A stretch of 64,000 nucleotides of DNA from Candidatus Bathyarchaeia archaeon. Lineage in GTDB: Archaea; Thermoproteota; Bathyarchaeia; Bathyarchaeales; Bathycorpusculaceae. The stretch is from assembly GCA_049512935.1 (NCBI GenBank), contig JBEKWR010000010.1:1-64000 (forward strand), read 5' to 3'. Under the pieces are notes generated by a model. The model was not told where the DNA came from, did no database searches, and saw nothing but the letters and a program-made list of their open reading frames with translations. A program made the position numbers and the translations under genes. Below, in pieces: positions 48,293-57,784 of this stretch; position 1 is the first letter of the stretch, and every line of letters begins with the position of its first letter.

Positions 48293-49282
48293 TTAGCGCG
48301 CATTTTGTTTTCTGACTTTTTTCACTTCTTTCACTGACATTTTACGCGTTTTGTCTCTTCTCAACATCAGCAAAGCTCCAGCAACTACTACGGCAAGGAT
48401 TACCACGGCGATTACAACCACGGCGATTTTCACGTTGATCGATGTATCTTTGGGGCTGCCAGGTTGCGTCGAAGAGGCTGAGGAAGAACTTGTTTTAGAG
48501 ATTTTACCAGAGCCTTGAGCGTTGTCAGCTGCAGGTGGGATTCCCTGGAGAAATGGTCCAGTGGACTGAACTATTAGCGAGTAGGTTGAGATCTTTTCCC
48601 ATGAAGGGATGGTTGTCGCGTTTAAGTCGTACGCGTAAACTTGAAATGGTACTGTTGCGGAAGGCGCCAGACTAGGCGTTATCCATGGATTGCCAAGTTG
48701 ATAAGTGGTTCCTACGGCGACTACGGTGCCCGTCGCGTTGTAGAAGGTTGCAGCCAACGTTATGTTGTAGGCTGTCTGGGTTCCAGTGTTTTGAATGACT
48801 CCGTTGACGACATAGAGGTCGTTTGCGTCTCCCGTGCCGATTGTAAGTGAAGAACTTGGAACGCTAAAGTCTGAGTATTCATAGCTGCCCGTAGCGTTTC
48901 CCTGAGAAGGCGTCAAAGTGATGTTGCCGATGCCTGAAAGCTGCCATCCCGAAATGCCCGGAGGAGCCTGAAATTGCATGTAAAAGGGCGCTTTCTGCTG
49001 TGGAGCCAGATAGCTCTGCCACACTTGACAAAACGACGAGCTAATTTCCTCCCCTTTTGGCGTCGAAACTTGGACTGAACCCGTCAAATATGGTTGTTGT
49101 ATGGTGGTGGAGCCGATGTTCTGAACTTCTCCGACCACGTCAAGAAACCCTGTGCTGTCGATGTAGTAGGTGTAGGGTAAGATTTTGATGTTTTGTGTTT
49201 GACTTGACGCGTTTGGGATCAGCGCAACACTCAACGATAACATCGACAACGCGACAAACAAGTAAACGGCGCTCTTTTTCAT
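48293..49282 (-). CDS. FxLYD-domain surface protein (paralog 2)
   Basis: SQTQNIKIL, VVGEVQN, ATFYNATG; same architecture as neighbour. Confidence 0.8.
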   Translation of the reverse strand: MKKSAVYLFVALSMLSLSVALIPNASSQTQNIKILPYTYYIDSTGFLDVVGEVQNIGSTTIQQPYLTGSVQVSTPKGEEISSSFCQVWQSYLAPQQKAPFYMQFQAPPGISGWQLSGIGNITLTPSQGNATGSYEYSDFSVPSSSLTIGTGDANDLYVVNGVIQNTGTQTAYNITLAATFYNATGTVVAVGTTYQLGNPWITPSLAPSATVPFQVYAYDLNATTIPSWEKISTYSLIVQSTGPFLQGIPPAADNAQGSGKISKTSSSSASSTQPGSPKDTSINVKIAVVVIAVVILAVVVAGALLMLRRDKTRKMSVKEVKKVRKQNAR

Positions 49283-49538
49283 GAAACTCTTTCCCCGATA
49301 ATCCCTCCAATACGAGCTTGTAGTATAAAATATTTTTTCAAAAACCTCAAATCAACTTGCTCCACGGTTTTTGCAGGATTACTCTTTAAGGCTTTAGTGT
49401 TAGTTGAACGTGGTCAACTGTGTCGCCGAACCGAGGAAAGGAAGTGCGGAACGCTTTTAAGAATGGCGAGTTAAATGCAAAATGCAAGAGTTGAATAGTC
49501 GAAGTCTTGCAGTTAGGCTTTCAGCCGAGGCGCAAAAA

Positions 49539-50747
49539 ATGCAGTACAGAGTTGTTCCTAAAAACGGCGATAGATTGTCAGTTTTAGGTTTTGGAGCCAT
49601 GCGTTTGCCCTTAAAGGGACAGGAAATCGATGAGGAACGCGCAATTGCGCAGATTCGCTATGCCATCGACAACGGCGTAAACTACGTTGACTCCGCCCCG
49701 CCATACCATAACGGCGAAAGCGAAAGAGTGGTTGGGAAAGCTCTTTTAGACGGCTACCGCGAAAAAGTGAAGGTAGCCACTAAACTTACGTCTTTTCTGC
49801 TAAGTAAGCCTGAAGACATGGAGAAAATGCTGAATACGCAACTGCGAAAGCTGCAGACAGACCATATCGACTATTACCTGTTGCACGGGTTGGAAGAAGA
49901 ATCTTGGAAGAAACTGCAGGGCTTCCACGTTTTGGAGTTCTTGGGAAAAGCGAAGGCTGACGGAAAAATCGTCAATGCGGGCTTCTCGTTTCACGGGTCA
50001 CTTAAAACTTTCAAAGAGATCATCGGCGCCAACGATTGGGCGATGTGCCAGATACTTTACAATTTTTTGGACGAAAAATTGCAGGCTGGAACCCGCGGTC
50101 TAAGGTATGCTGCGTCAAAGGGTCTGGCGGTTATGGTCATGGAGCCGCTTAGAGGCGGAGCGTTGGCTGGCAACCTTCCAAACGAGGTCAAACAGCTTTA
50201 CGAGAACGCGAAGCCTCAGCGGTCCGCCGCCGAGTGGGCTCTCCGATGGGTCTGGAATCACCCCGAAGTAACAGTTGCCCTTTCGGGAATGAACGAGGAA
50301 AGCCAAGTTGTCGAAAACATCAGAGTCGCCGAAACCGCGCTGCCCTGCTCGATGAAGCGTAAAGAGTTGGCTGTTGTCCAAAGCGCAGCGGATTCTTACA
50401 GGCGCCTCATGAAGGTTCCATGCACTGGCTGCCAATACTGCATGCCTTGCCCCTACGGAGTGAACATCCCCAGCAACTTCCGCATCTACAACGACTATCA
50501 CATGTTCGGCGACGAGGAAAAATCACGCGCAATCTACGCCAGAATGCTTCTTGGCATGCTGACTGGCAAACGCGCCGACGCCTCGCTATGCAAAGAATGC
50601 AAAAAATGCATGGAACGCTGCCCACAGCACATCGCAATCCCAGAGCAGCTTAAATCAGTGTCAAAAGAACTCGGCGGACCCAAAACAGAAGCGATGCTTG
50701 CCCCTCAAAAAAACGTCCAGTTACAAAACCCAGCGAAACCCACGTAA
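49539..50747 (+). CDS. Aldo/keto reductase with C-terminal Fe-S domain
   Basis: LGFGAMRLP, DYYLLH, MEPLRGG, CTGCQYCMPCP, CKECKKCMERCP. Confidence 0.92.
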   Translation: MQYRVVPKNGDRLSVLGFGAMRLPLKGQEIDEERAIAQIRYAIDNGVNYVDSAPPYHNGESERVVGKALLDGYREKVKVATKLTSFLLSKPEDMEKMLNTQLRKLQTDHIDYYLLHGLEEESWKKLQGFHVLEFLGKAKADGKIVNAGFSFHGSLKTFKEIIGANDWAMCQILYNFLDEKLQAGTRGLRYAASKGLAVMVMEPLRGGALAGNLPNEVKQLYENAKPQRSAAEWALRWVWNHPEVTVALSGMNEESQVVENIRVAETALPCSMKRKELAVVQSAADSYRRLMKVPCTGCQYCMPCPYGVNIPSNFRIYNDYHMFGDEEKSRAIYARMLLGMLTGKRADASLCKECKKCMERCPQHIAIPEQLKSVSKELGGPKTEAMLAPQKNVQLQNPAKPT

Positions 50748-50850
50748 ACCGTCTGATCCTTTTAAACATTAATTGCCAACTGTCCATTTAGGCTTCTAGC
50801 TGCCGCCTTTTTGACCTCAGGCTTTATCGCGGCAAAAATTTAAGGAAACT

Positions 50851-52800
50851 TTAGGCTTCAGGCGGTGGCGGAGGTGGAGGAGGCGGGGGTGGCGGCGGTG
50901 AAGTTGACGCTTGACGTCTCCAAAGCAACATCAAAACTGCGACCACCGCTATAATGACCACAATTGCAGCCACTATCATCGTGGTTGAAATTGTCAAAGG
51001 CGCTGGCGTCGGAGATGGTGAAGCGGTGCTTGTGGCGGTCGGTGTCGGCGTGGGCGTAGGACTAACAGGTGTGGTGACAGTTATCTGTGCGACAGAAGAG
51101 TTAGCTGAGGCTCCTGCGTCGTCGATTACGTCAACCATGAACGACCAGGCTCCCAACGTCGCAGTGCTCGCAAATGTGTACTGGTAGCTTGATGAATCTG
51201 CGCCGCCAATTTGCGTGAATGAAGTGCCGCTTGGCGGCTCAATGAACCACTGGAAACTGTAGGGAGAAGTGCCCCCTGTAACCCCAGAAACGGACAAATC
51301 TGTCGTCTGCCCCTGACTCACCGTGGTCGGCGAAGCAGATGCCGTAGGAACAGCCAATGGGGAGTTAACCGTTACTGTGACTCCTGTAGAGTTCAATTGG
51401 CTATCAACGCTGTCAGTTACCTGAGTCATGAAGGTCCAGTTGCCAGCAGCAGTGGAAGTTGAGGTTACGAAGGCGTAGCTTGTAGAGGTTGCGCCGCTGA
51501 TTAAGCTGAAAGAAGATGCGCCAGGCGACAAGCTGAACCATTTGTAAGTGTAAGGAGGAGAGCCTGTTGCGGGTGACGAAAGGGTCAAAGTTGTACTCTG
51601 ACCCTGATCAACTGCTGCGGCAGACGCGGTTGCAGACAAAAATGAACCGAAAGCGTACAATTCATGGTTCCATGAGCCCACGTAGACTATGCCGTTGGCT
51701 ACGGCGGGAGATGATTCGATGCCGCCACCGACGCCTGCTGCGTAACTCCACATGCTGCTGCCGTTTGTCGCGTTCAACGCATACAAGCTGCCACTGTTCG
51801 AGCCAACGTAGACCACGCCGCCAGCGACAGCGGGAGAGGACCACAGGTAACCTCCTACGGTGCTTTTCCAATTTAGGGTGCCATTTGCAGCGTTCAAAGC
51901 GTACACGTTGCCGTCTTCTGAGCCTACGTAAACTGCGCCGCCGACTGCAGCGGGAGACGACCATACGCTGCTACCTGTCGTGTAGTTCCACATAGAGGCG
52001 CCTGTTGCGGCGTTGAGAGCATACACTTTGTCGTCGATTGAGCCTACGTAGACTATGTCGCCTAAAACAGCTGGCGACGACCAAACGCTGCTGCCTGTTG
52101 CAAAACTCCACACAAACGACCCAGTTGTAGCGTTTAGTGCATACAGGCTGTCGTCATAAGAGCCGAAGTAAACTATGCCGTTTGAAACGGCAGCGGATGA
52201 GTTGACAGAGTTTCCTGTGATGTAATTCCACAGAATGGTTCCAGTTGTCGCGTTCAAAGCGTACAGGTTCCCATCCTGTGAGCCAACGTATACTATGCCG
52301 TTTGCAACGGCGGGAGACGATTCGACAGCGCCACCTGTTTTGTAACTCCAAACCTTGATGCCAGTCGCCGCGTTCAAAGCGTACACGCTATCGTCGTATG
52401 ACCCGACATAGACTACGCCGCCTGCCACAGCGGGAGAAGAACCCACAACGTTACCCGTCGTGTAATTCCACAGTTTGCCGCCCGTCAAAGCGTTCAGTGC
52501 ATAGACGTTATCGTCGTACGAACCGACGTAGACCACGCCGCCGACAACTGTCGGCGAGGAAGTCACGTTGCCGCCTGTTGTGAAGTTCCACAAAAGCTTG
52601 CTTGTAACGGGCGCAAGCGACAACGAACTGCCGGAGTGGCTTAAATTATCATGAAACATTGACCATACGCTGGGGTTCCCATTGGAATCGCTGCTCTGAT
52701 TGTTCGAGCTAGCCAACGTAAACGTTCCAAGCAAGACCGAACTCACGATGCTTACTAAAAGAATGACTGTTAGCACGGTTAACAATGCTTTCTTGTTCAC
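50851..52800 (-). CDS. PQQ-like beta-propeller surface protein with Ig domains, TM and poly-Pro tail
   Basis: Signal peptide, eight SSPAV repeats, Ig units, TM then 13 Pro. Confidence 0.9.
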   Translation of the reverse strand: MNKKALLTVLTVILLVSIVSSVLLGTFTLASSNNQSSDSNGNPSVWSMFHDNLSHSGSSLSLAPVTSKLLWNFTTGGNVTSSPTVVGGVVYVGSYDDNVYALNALTGGKLWNYTTGNVVGSSPAVAGGVVYVGSYDDSVYALNAATGIKVWSYKTGGAVESSPAVANGIVYVGSQDGNLYALNATTGTILWNYITGNSVNSSAAVSNGIVYFGSYDDSLYALNATTGSFVWSFATGSSVWSSPAVLGDIVYVGSIDDKVYALNAATGASMWNYTTGSSVWSSPAAVGGAVYVGSEDGNVYALNAANGTLNWKSTVGGYLWSSPAVAGGVVYVGSNSGSLYALNATNGSSMWSYAAGVGGGIESSPAVANGIVYVGSWNHELYAFGSFLSATASAAAVDQGQSTTLTLSSPATGSPPYTYKWFSLSPGASSFSLISGATSTSYAFVTSTSTAAGNWTFMTQVTDSVDSQLNSTGVTVTVNSPLAVPTASASPTTVSQGQTTDLSVSGVTGGTSPYSFQWFIEPPSGTSFTQIGGADSSSYQYTFASTATLGAWSFMVDVIDDAGASANSSVAQITVTTPVSPTPTPTPTATSTASPSPTPAPLTISTTMIVAAIVVIIAVVAVLMLLWRRQASTSPPPPPPPPPPPPPEA

Positions 52801-52973
52801 GATTTCCCGCCTCATTTCTCTTTCACGCTTGCGCACAATAAAAGGTTTCAGCTAACACATGTCTCTTTGTTTTTTGCTTGCTCGTTGCAAGTGCTGGAAA
52901 AACGTTTGGAACCGTGGTTTCGTCAGGTCTGCGGCGGTTTTGGTGAATTCTTTGGTTTGGTTGAGCAAGATTA

Positions 52974-53006
52974 AATAGTTAGCACTAATAGTTAGCATTT
53001 CTAATC
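52974..53006 (+). promoter_or_regulatory. Putative MarR operator overlapping promoter
   Basis: aatagttagca twice (52974, 52987); TTAG-N5-CTAA dyad just before marR-family gene. Confidence 0.4.
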
Positions 53007-53025
53007 ATTCGAGTGTGCAATTAAT

Positions 53026-53487
53026 ATGTTAGGAACCCCAGAAGAAGCTGCAAGCGAGCTGCTTGAAGTAGTTCCCGTAATAATGAGAGAAATACGATCC
53101 GAGATGCGCAACCAAACCTCGCCCGACTTAACTGTTCCCCAGTTTCGAGCCTTAGCCTTCGTCGACCGCAACAAAGGCGCTTCGCTCTCAGCGGTCGCAA
53201 ACCACATGGGACTGACCTTGCCCTCAACATCCAGGCTCGTCGACGTTCTCATTGCCCGGCGACTGTTGACTCGGGAGGACAATCCAGCTGACAGGCGACG
53301 AATAAAGTTAGGCGTGACAAATCGCGGATCAACAATTTTAGCCAACTCGCGTCGCGGCACTTTGAAATATCTGGCGGAGAAGCTGAGCGGCATCTCTTCG
53401 AACGACAGGAAAGTTATCATTGAAGGCATGGCGGCGATTCGCTCCGTCTTCATGAGCGGCGCTGAAATAAGCGCGTTGGTGAAGTAA
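53026..53487 (+). CDS. MarR family regulator
   Basis: LTVPQFRAL...SRLVDVL...DRR. Confidence 0.9.
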   Translation: MLGTPEEAASELLEVVPVIMREIRSEMRNQTSPDLTVPQFRALAFVDRNKGASLSAVANHMGLTLPSTSRLVDVLIARRLLTREDNPADRRRIKLGVTNRGSTILANSRRGTLKYLAEKLSGISSNDRKVIIEGMAAIRSVFMSGAEISALVK

Positions 53488-53488
53488 A

Positions 53489-54286
53489 ACGCCAATTCTT
53501 TCAACAGACCACTTAACCCGCCGTTTCGGGGAACTAACAGCCGTCGACAACTTGACAATATCCGTCGATGAAGGCGAAATCTTCGGGCTTCTAGGCCCAA
53601 ACGGCGCAGGCAAATCCACCGCCATCAAAATGATCATCACAATTCTCCCTCCCACGTCAGGGCACGCCACTGTGGGCGGCTTCGACTTAACGCGTAACGC
53701 TAACAAGATAAGAAGACTGATCGGCTACGTACCTCAAATCCTCTCAGCGGACGGCACCCTCACGGGACGCGAGAACCTAATGATATTCAGCAAGTTGTAC
53801 GATATCCCCAAGGGTGAACGCGCCAGAAGAATCGACGAGTCACTTGAATTCATGGGTCTCACGGACGCTTCCAATAAGCTTGTGAGAGACTATTCAGGGG
53901 GCATGATTAGACGCTTGGAGATAGCGCAATCCATGCTGCATCGACCCAAAATCCTGTTCTTAGACGAACCCACCATCGGTCTCGACCCAGTGGGGCGCAA
54001 AGCAGTGTGGGATCACATCCAAAAGTTGCAAAAAGACTTTGGAACAACCATCTTTCTAACCACGCACTACATGGAAGAAGCCGACAAACTGTGCGGCAGA
54101 GTAGCAATCATGAACTTGGGAAAACTGGCAGTGATAGGCTCCCCAGCCTTTTTGAAGGCATCACTGGGAACCGACGACGCCACGCTCGACGACGTGTTTG
54201 TCCAATACACTGGAGGAACCCTTGAAAGAGGCGAAGGCTACCGGGAAGCTTCAAGAACAAGACAGACCGCGCGGAGGCTCAGTTAA
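53489..54286 (+). CDS. DrrA-like ABC exporter ATPase, start uncertain
   Basis: GPNGAGKS, YSGGM, LFLDEP, TTHYMEEA; conserved ILSTDHLTRRFG lies in frame upstream of TTG 53552. Confidence 0.88.
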   Translation, partial: TPILSTDHLTRRFGELTAVDNLTISVDEGEIFGLLGPNGAGKSTAIKMIITILPPTSGHATVGGFDLTRNANKIRRLIGYVPQILSADGTLTGRENLMIFSKLYDIPKGERARRIDESLEFMGLTDASNKLVRDYSGGMIRRLEIAQSMLHRPKILFLDEPTIGLDPVGRKAVWDHIQKLQKDFGTTIFLTTHYMEEADKLCGRVAIMNLGKLAVIGSPAFLKASLGTDDATLDDVFVQYTGGTLERGEGYREASRTRQTARRLS

Positions 54287-54288
54287 GA

Positions 54289-55095
54289 ATGACCTCGGAA
54301 CAGTTGAAAGGCGCAGCCAACTCGATCGTCAGCTTCTTCAGCAAAACATTTAGCATCGCTGAAATGGAGGTTCGCAAGCTCCGCCACGACCCGACTGAAT
54401 TGATTACGCGCGCCGTGCAGCCTGCAATTTGGCTGTTGATTTTCGGCGAAGTCTTCACGAGAATACATCTTATCCCAACAGGAAACCTTTCCTACCTGTC
54501 CTTCCTGGCGCCGGGAATTCTAGCGCAAAGCGTGCTTTTCATAGCAATATTCTACGGCATCGCAGTAATCTGGGAACGCGACCTGGGCATTCTCCACAAG
54601 TTCCTTGTCAGCCCAACTCCGCGGGCAGCGCTGGTTTCGGGCAAGGCTCTGTCAGCAGGCGTTCGCGCGCTCTCCCAAGTTGCCATCATCTACATTCTTG
54701 CCCTACTGATCGGCGTAGGCATCAACTGGAACCCCATAAACCTGTCACTGGTTCTGGTCGTCGCGTTGTTAGCTTCGGCGCTGTTCTCAACGTTCTCGCT
54801 CATCATCGCCTCGCTGGTCAAGACGCGAGAACGCTTCATGGGCGTCGGACAAATACTGACCATGCCCCTGTTCTTCGCAAGCAACGCCATTTACCCGCTG
54901 TCCATGATGCCTGGTTGGCTGCAGGCGGTCGCTCGGTTTAACCCGCTCACCTACGCCGTGGACGCCATGCGTGGACTCATGATCGTGGGCGGAGTTAGCG
55001 TCTACGGGATCGGCATAGACATTCTTGTGCTCTTCGCCGTCATGGTTGCACTGGTGCTAATCGGAGCCAAAGTCTACCCCAGAGTCGTTATCTAA
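54289..55095 (+). CDS. ABC-2 permease (DrrB-like)
   Basis: Six TM; FLAPGI, WERDLG, NPLTYAVDAMR. Confidence 0.9.
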   Translation: MTSEQLKGAANSIVSFFSKTFSIAEMEVRKLRHDPTELITRAVQPAIWLLIFGEVFTRIHLIPTGNLSYLSFLAPGILAQSVLFIAIFYGIAVIWERDLGILHKFLVSPTPRAALVSGKALSAGVRALSQVAIIYILALLIGVGINWNPINLSLVLVVALLASALFSTFSLIIASLVKTRERFMGVGQILTMPLFFASNAIYPLSMMPGWLQAVARFNPLTYAVDAMRGLMIVGGVSVYGIGIDILVLFAVMVALVLIGAKVYPRVVI

Positions 55096-55154
55096 AACGG
55101 GCAAAATGACTTCGATAACCCTGCCGACCCTCCGATGAGTCAATCAAGCCTCGT

Positions 55155-56186
55155 CTAACTGCAGAATGTTGCGGCTATTTCGTAGAGCTTCGGATCAACC
55201 GTTTTTCGCTTCCCAACAACATCCTTCAACGCAACCGAAACCATCTTGTTCCCTTTGATCGCGACCATAAAGCCGAATTTGCCCTCTTTCACTAGGTCTA
55301 TCGCGGCGATTCCGAATCGGGTAGCAAGAACCCGGTCAAAAGCGATGGGCGAGCCTCCGCGCTGAAGATGACCAAGAACCACCACCCTAGCATCCATGTT
55401 TCCGAACCGTTTCTCTATCTCCTTTCCCAAGTAGTAGCCGATGCCTCCCAGCCTCGCGTGTCCAAACTCGTCCACTCCGCTGCTGTAAACAACCTCTTCA
55501 CCGCCTTTCGGCTTCGCGCCCTCGGCAACAATGATCAAGCTGAAGTTTCTACCCCGGTTCTGCCTCTTCGTGATACACTCGTACACTTCTTCAATGTCAA
55601 AGGGCTTCTCAGGAATCAAAACAGCGTCAGCTCCCCCCGCAATCCCAGCCTCTAACGCAATCCAACCCGTATAGCGACCCATAACCTCAAGAATAATCAC
55701 CCTGTGATGCGCCTCAGCCGTCGTGTGCAGCCTATCAAGCGCTTCACAAGCAATCGACACCGCCGTTTCAAAACCGAAAGAGTAGTCAGTCCCGACCAAG
55801 TCGTTGTCAATCGTTTTTGGGACACCAACAACCTTGAGCCCCAACTCGCTAAGCTTGCAGGCTACGCCAAGCGTGTCCTCCCCGCCGATGGCGATGACCG
55901 CTTCAATCCCGTTTTTGGAAACGTTTCTTAGGATGCACTCGGCGCCGTCGTCGCTTTTAAACGGGTTAGTCCTTGACGTGCCCAGAATCGACCCTCCCCT
56001 GGGCAGAAGACCAGAAATGTTATCTAAATCCAAAGGCACAAACTCGCCAGTCAACAGCCCACGCCACCCATCTTTGGCACCGACAACCTCGTACCCGTAC
56101 TCCTGGATGGCTTTTCTAACGACTGCTCGTATCACGGCGTTGATTCCCGGCGCGTCTCCGCCGCCAGTCAATACACAGACCTTCAT
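55155..56186 (-). CDS. pfkA: PfkA-family 6-phosphofructokinase, likely PPi-dependent
   Basis: TGGGDAPG, GGEDT, PKTIDND, EVMGR, GHLQRGG. Confidence 0.92.
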   Translation of the reverse strand: MKVCVLTGGGDAPGINAVIRAVVRKAIQEYGYEVVGAKDGWRGLLTGEFVPLDLDNISGLLPRGGSILGTSRTNPFKSDDGAECILRNVSKNGIEAVIAIGGEDTLGVACKLSELGLKVVGVPKTIDNDLVGTDYSFGFETAVSIACEALDRLHTTAEAHHRVIILEVMGRYTGWIALEAGIAGGADAVLIPEKPFDIEEVYECITKRQNRGRNFSLIIVAEGAKPKGGEEVVYSSGVDEFGHARLGGIGYYLGKEIEKRFGNMDARVVVLGHLQRGGSPIAFDRVLATRFGIAAIDLVKEGKFGFMVAIKGNKMVSVALKDVVGKRKTVDPKLYEIAATFCS

Positions 56187-56599
56187 GTCACATTCATCTC
56201 GCTCTGAAACATAAGAAAACAGCATTACTACTTATGACAGCGCTTATATTAATGCAACTAGACTAAGACGCACAAGAGACTGCCTTGCCAACCGCCTAGC
56301 TGAACGCTGGAAAAACGCGCGAAAAGTCTCCTTTCCAACAGCATACAAGATTTCTTCAGCAAGATTAAAAACTTCGAAGAACTAAGAATTACAGATGCGT
56401 CAAAAATGGCTAAAGGCAACTCTTTCAGGTTTGAAAACGGGAAGGCGCGCATCCACGTCAGGCAAAGAAACGCCAGCGAAAACGCCCACAGGGGAAAATA
56501 AAATGGCGAGTTCTGAACGTTTTTTAACTCAACTTATTCAGCCTTGCCTATTCTGCTCAGCCGCCGAACCAGAAGGCAGCCGCACCTGGAGCTGATAGC

Positions 56600-57658
56600 T
56601 TGCAAGAAAAAGCAGTTGTCAAAGTTCTGGCGGCGTTGCTCATCGTGATTGCCGTCGCCGACGCCTTGGGCGCGTATGCCGTGTACCAATCGGCAACAGC
56701 TAGAACCAGCGAAAAACCTGTGCCAACGCCCTCAGTCACCCCGATGAAGCCTTCGCCCACTTTACTCACCCCAAGCATAGTCGGGTCACCTTCACCAACA
56801 CAGTCTCCCAGCCCTACAGTAGCCCCTACCCCTTCCCCGATTGCTACACCCATACCGACTCCTATTCCTACGGCAATTCAAACGCCGACGGCAACGTCGA
56901 CTCCCACGTCAACGCCGACGCCTGCGCCCACCTCAGTTCCAACGCCGACTCCAGTCCCCACTCCAACTCCAGCGCCCATATTGCTTCAAACAGTCAACTG
57001 GGCTGGCTACTCCGTAGCATCTGACTTTACAAACCCGCAGCCCGAGGTCACGAACGTTAGCGCCTCATGGATTGTCCCGACAGTTACAGCCAATTTAACC
57101 GGCAGTTACTACTCCGCCGTATGGATCGGCATAGGCGGCCAGTTCAGTAACGATTCCACACTGATCCAATGCGGCACCGAGCAGGATTCAATTCGCGGAC
57201 GAGCCGAGTATTCCGCTTGGTACGAGCTTTTACCCAGCTCCACAACAACCATCAATATGACAATTTCGCCCGGTGACCAGATGGAGGCTTGGATCCAGCT
57301 TCAAGACGCAACCGCTCATCTATGGACCATAAACGTGACTGACACGACAACGGCTCAAACGTTTCAGACAAACGTTACATACGCTTCCAGCCAGTTATCA
57401 GCCGAATGGATAGTTGAAAGACCATCAACAACGGGCTTTGGAGGGTCTCGGGTAACAAGTCTAGCTGACTTCGGAAACGCAACTTTTACCGACTGCGCCG
57501 CGTCGGTTGACGCCGTTACTGGAGCAGTCAACAGTTTTCCAGTGGAGGAGCTTGTCATGTATTCCACGGTTGGAAACCCGCCTGCTCAACTTACCGACGT
57601 CTCTGACCTTACCCCTGACGGCACATCCTTCACGGTAACGTACTTGGCTTCTGGATAA
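56600..57658 (+). CDS. G1 family glutamic peptidase on a Pro/Thr stalk
   Basis: N-terminal TM, PT repeats, NWAGY, WIGIGG, LIQCGT, AWYE, SAEWIVERP. Confidence 0.88.
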   Translation: MQEKAVVKVLAALLIVIAVADALGAYAVYQSATARTSEKPVPTPSVTPMKPSPTLLTPSIVGSPSPTQSPSPTVAPTPSPIATPIPTPIPTAIQTPTATSTPTSTPTPAPTSVPTPTPVPTPTPAPILLQTVNWAGYSVASDFTNPQPEVTNVSASWIVPTVTANLTGSYYSAVWIGIGGQFSNDSTLIQCGTEQDSIRGRAEYSAWYELLPSSTTTINMTISPGDQMEAWIQLQDATAHLWTINVTDTTTAQTFQTNVTYASSQLSAEWIVERPSTTGFGGSRVTSLADFGNATFTDCAASVDAVTGAVNSFPVEELVMYSTVGNPPAQLTDVSDLTPDGTSFTVTYLASG

Positions 57659-57784
57659 AGTAACCCTTCAACCCGCAAGGGTGATGAAAAAAAGGGTTGC
57701 AGCCTCGTAAATCTGAAACGAAAAGGCTTCATGACAAAAAGCAAAGAAGTGAAAGAATGGGGTTGGAGCAAAAGCTCCTGTTTT

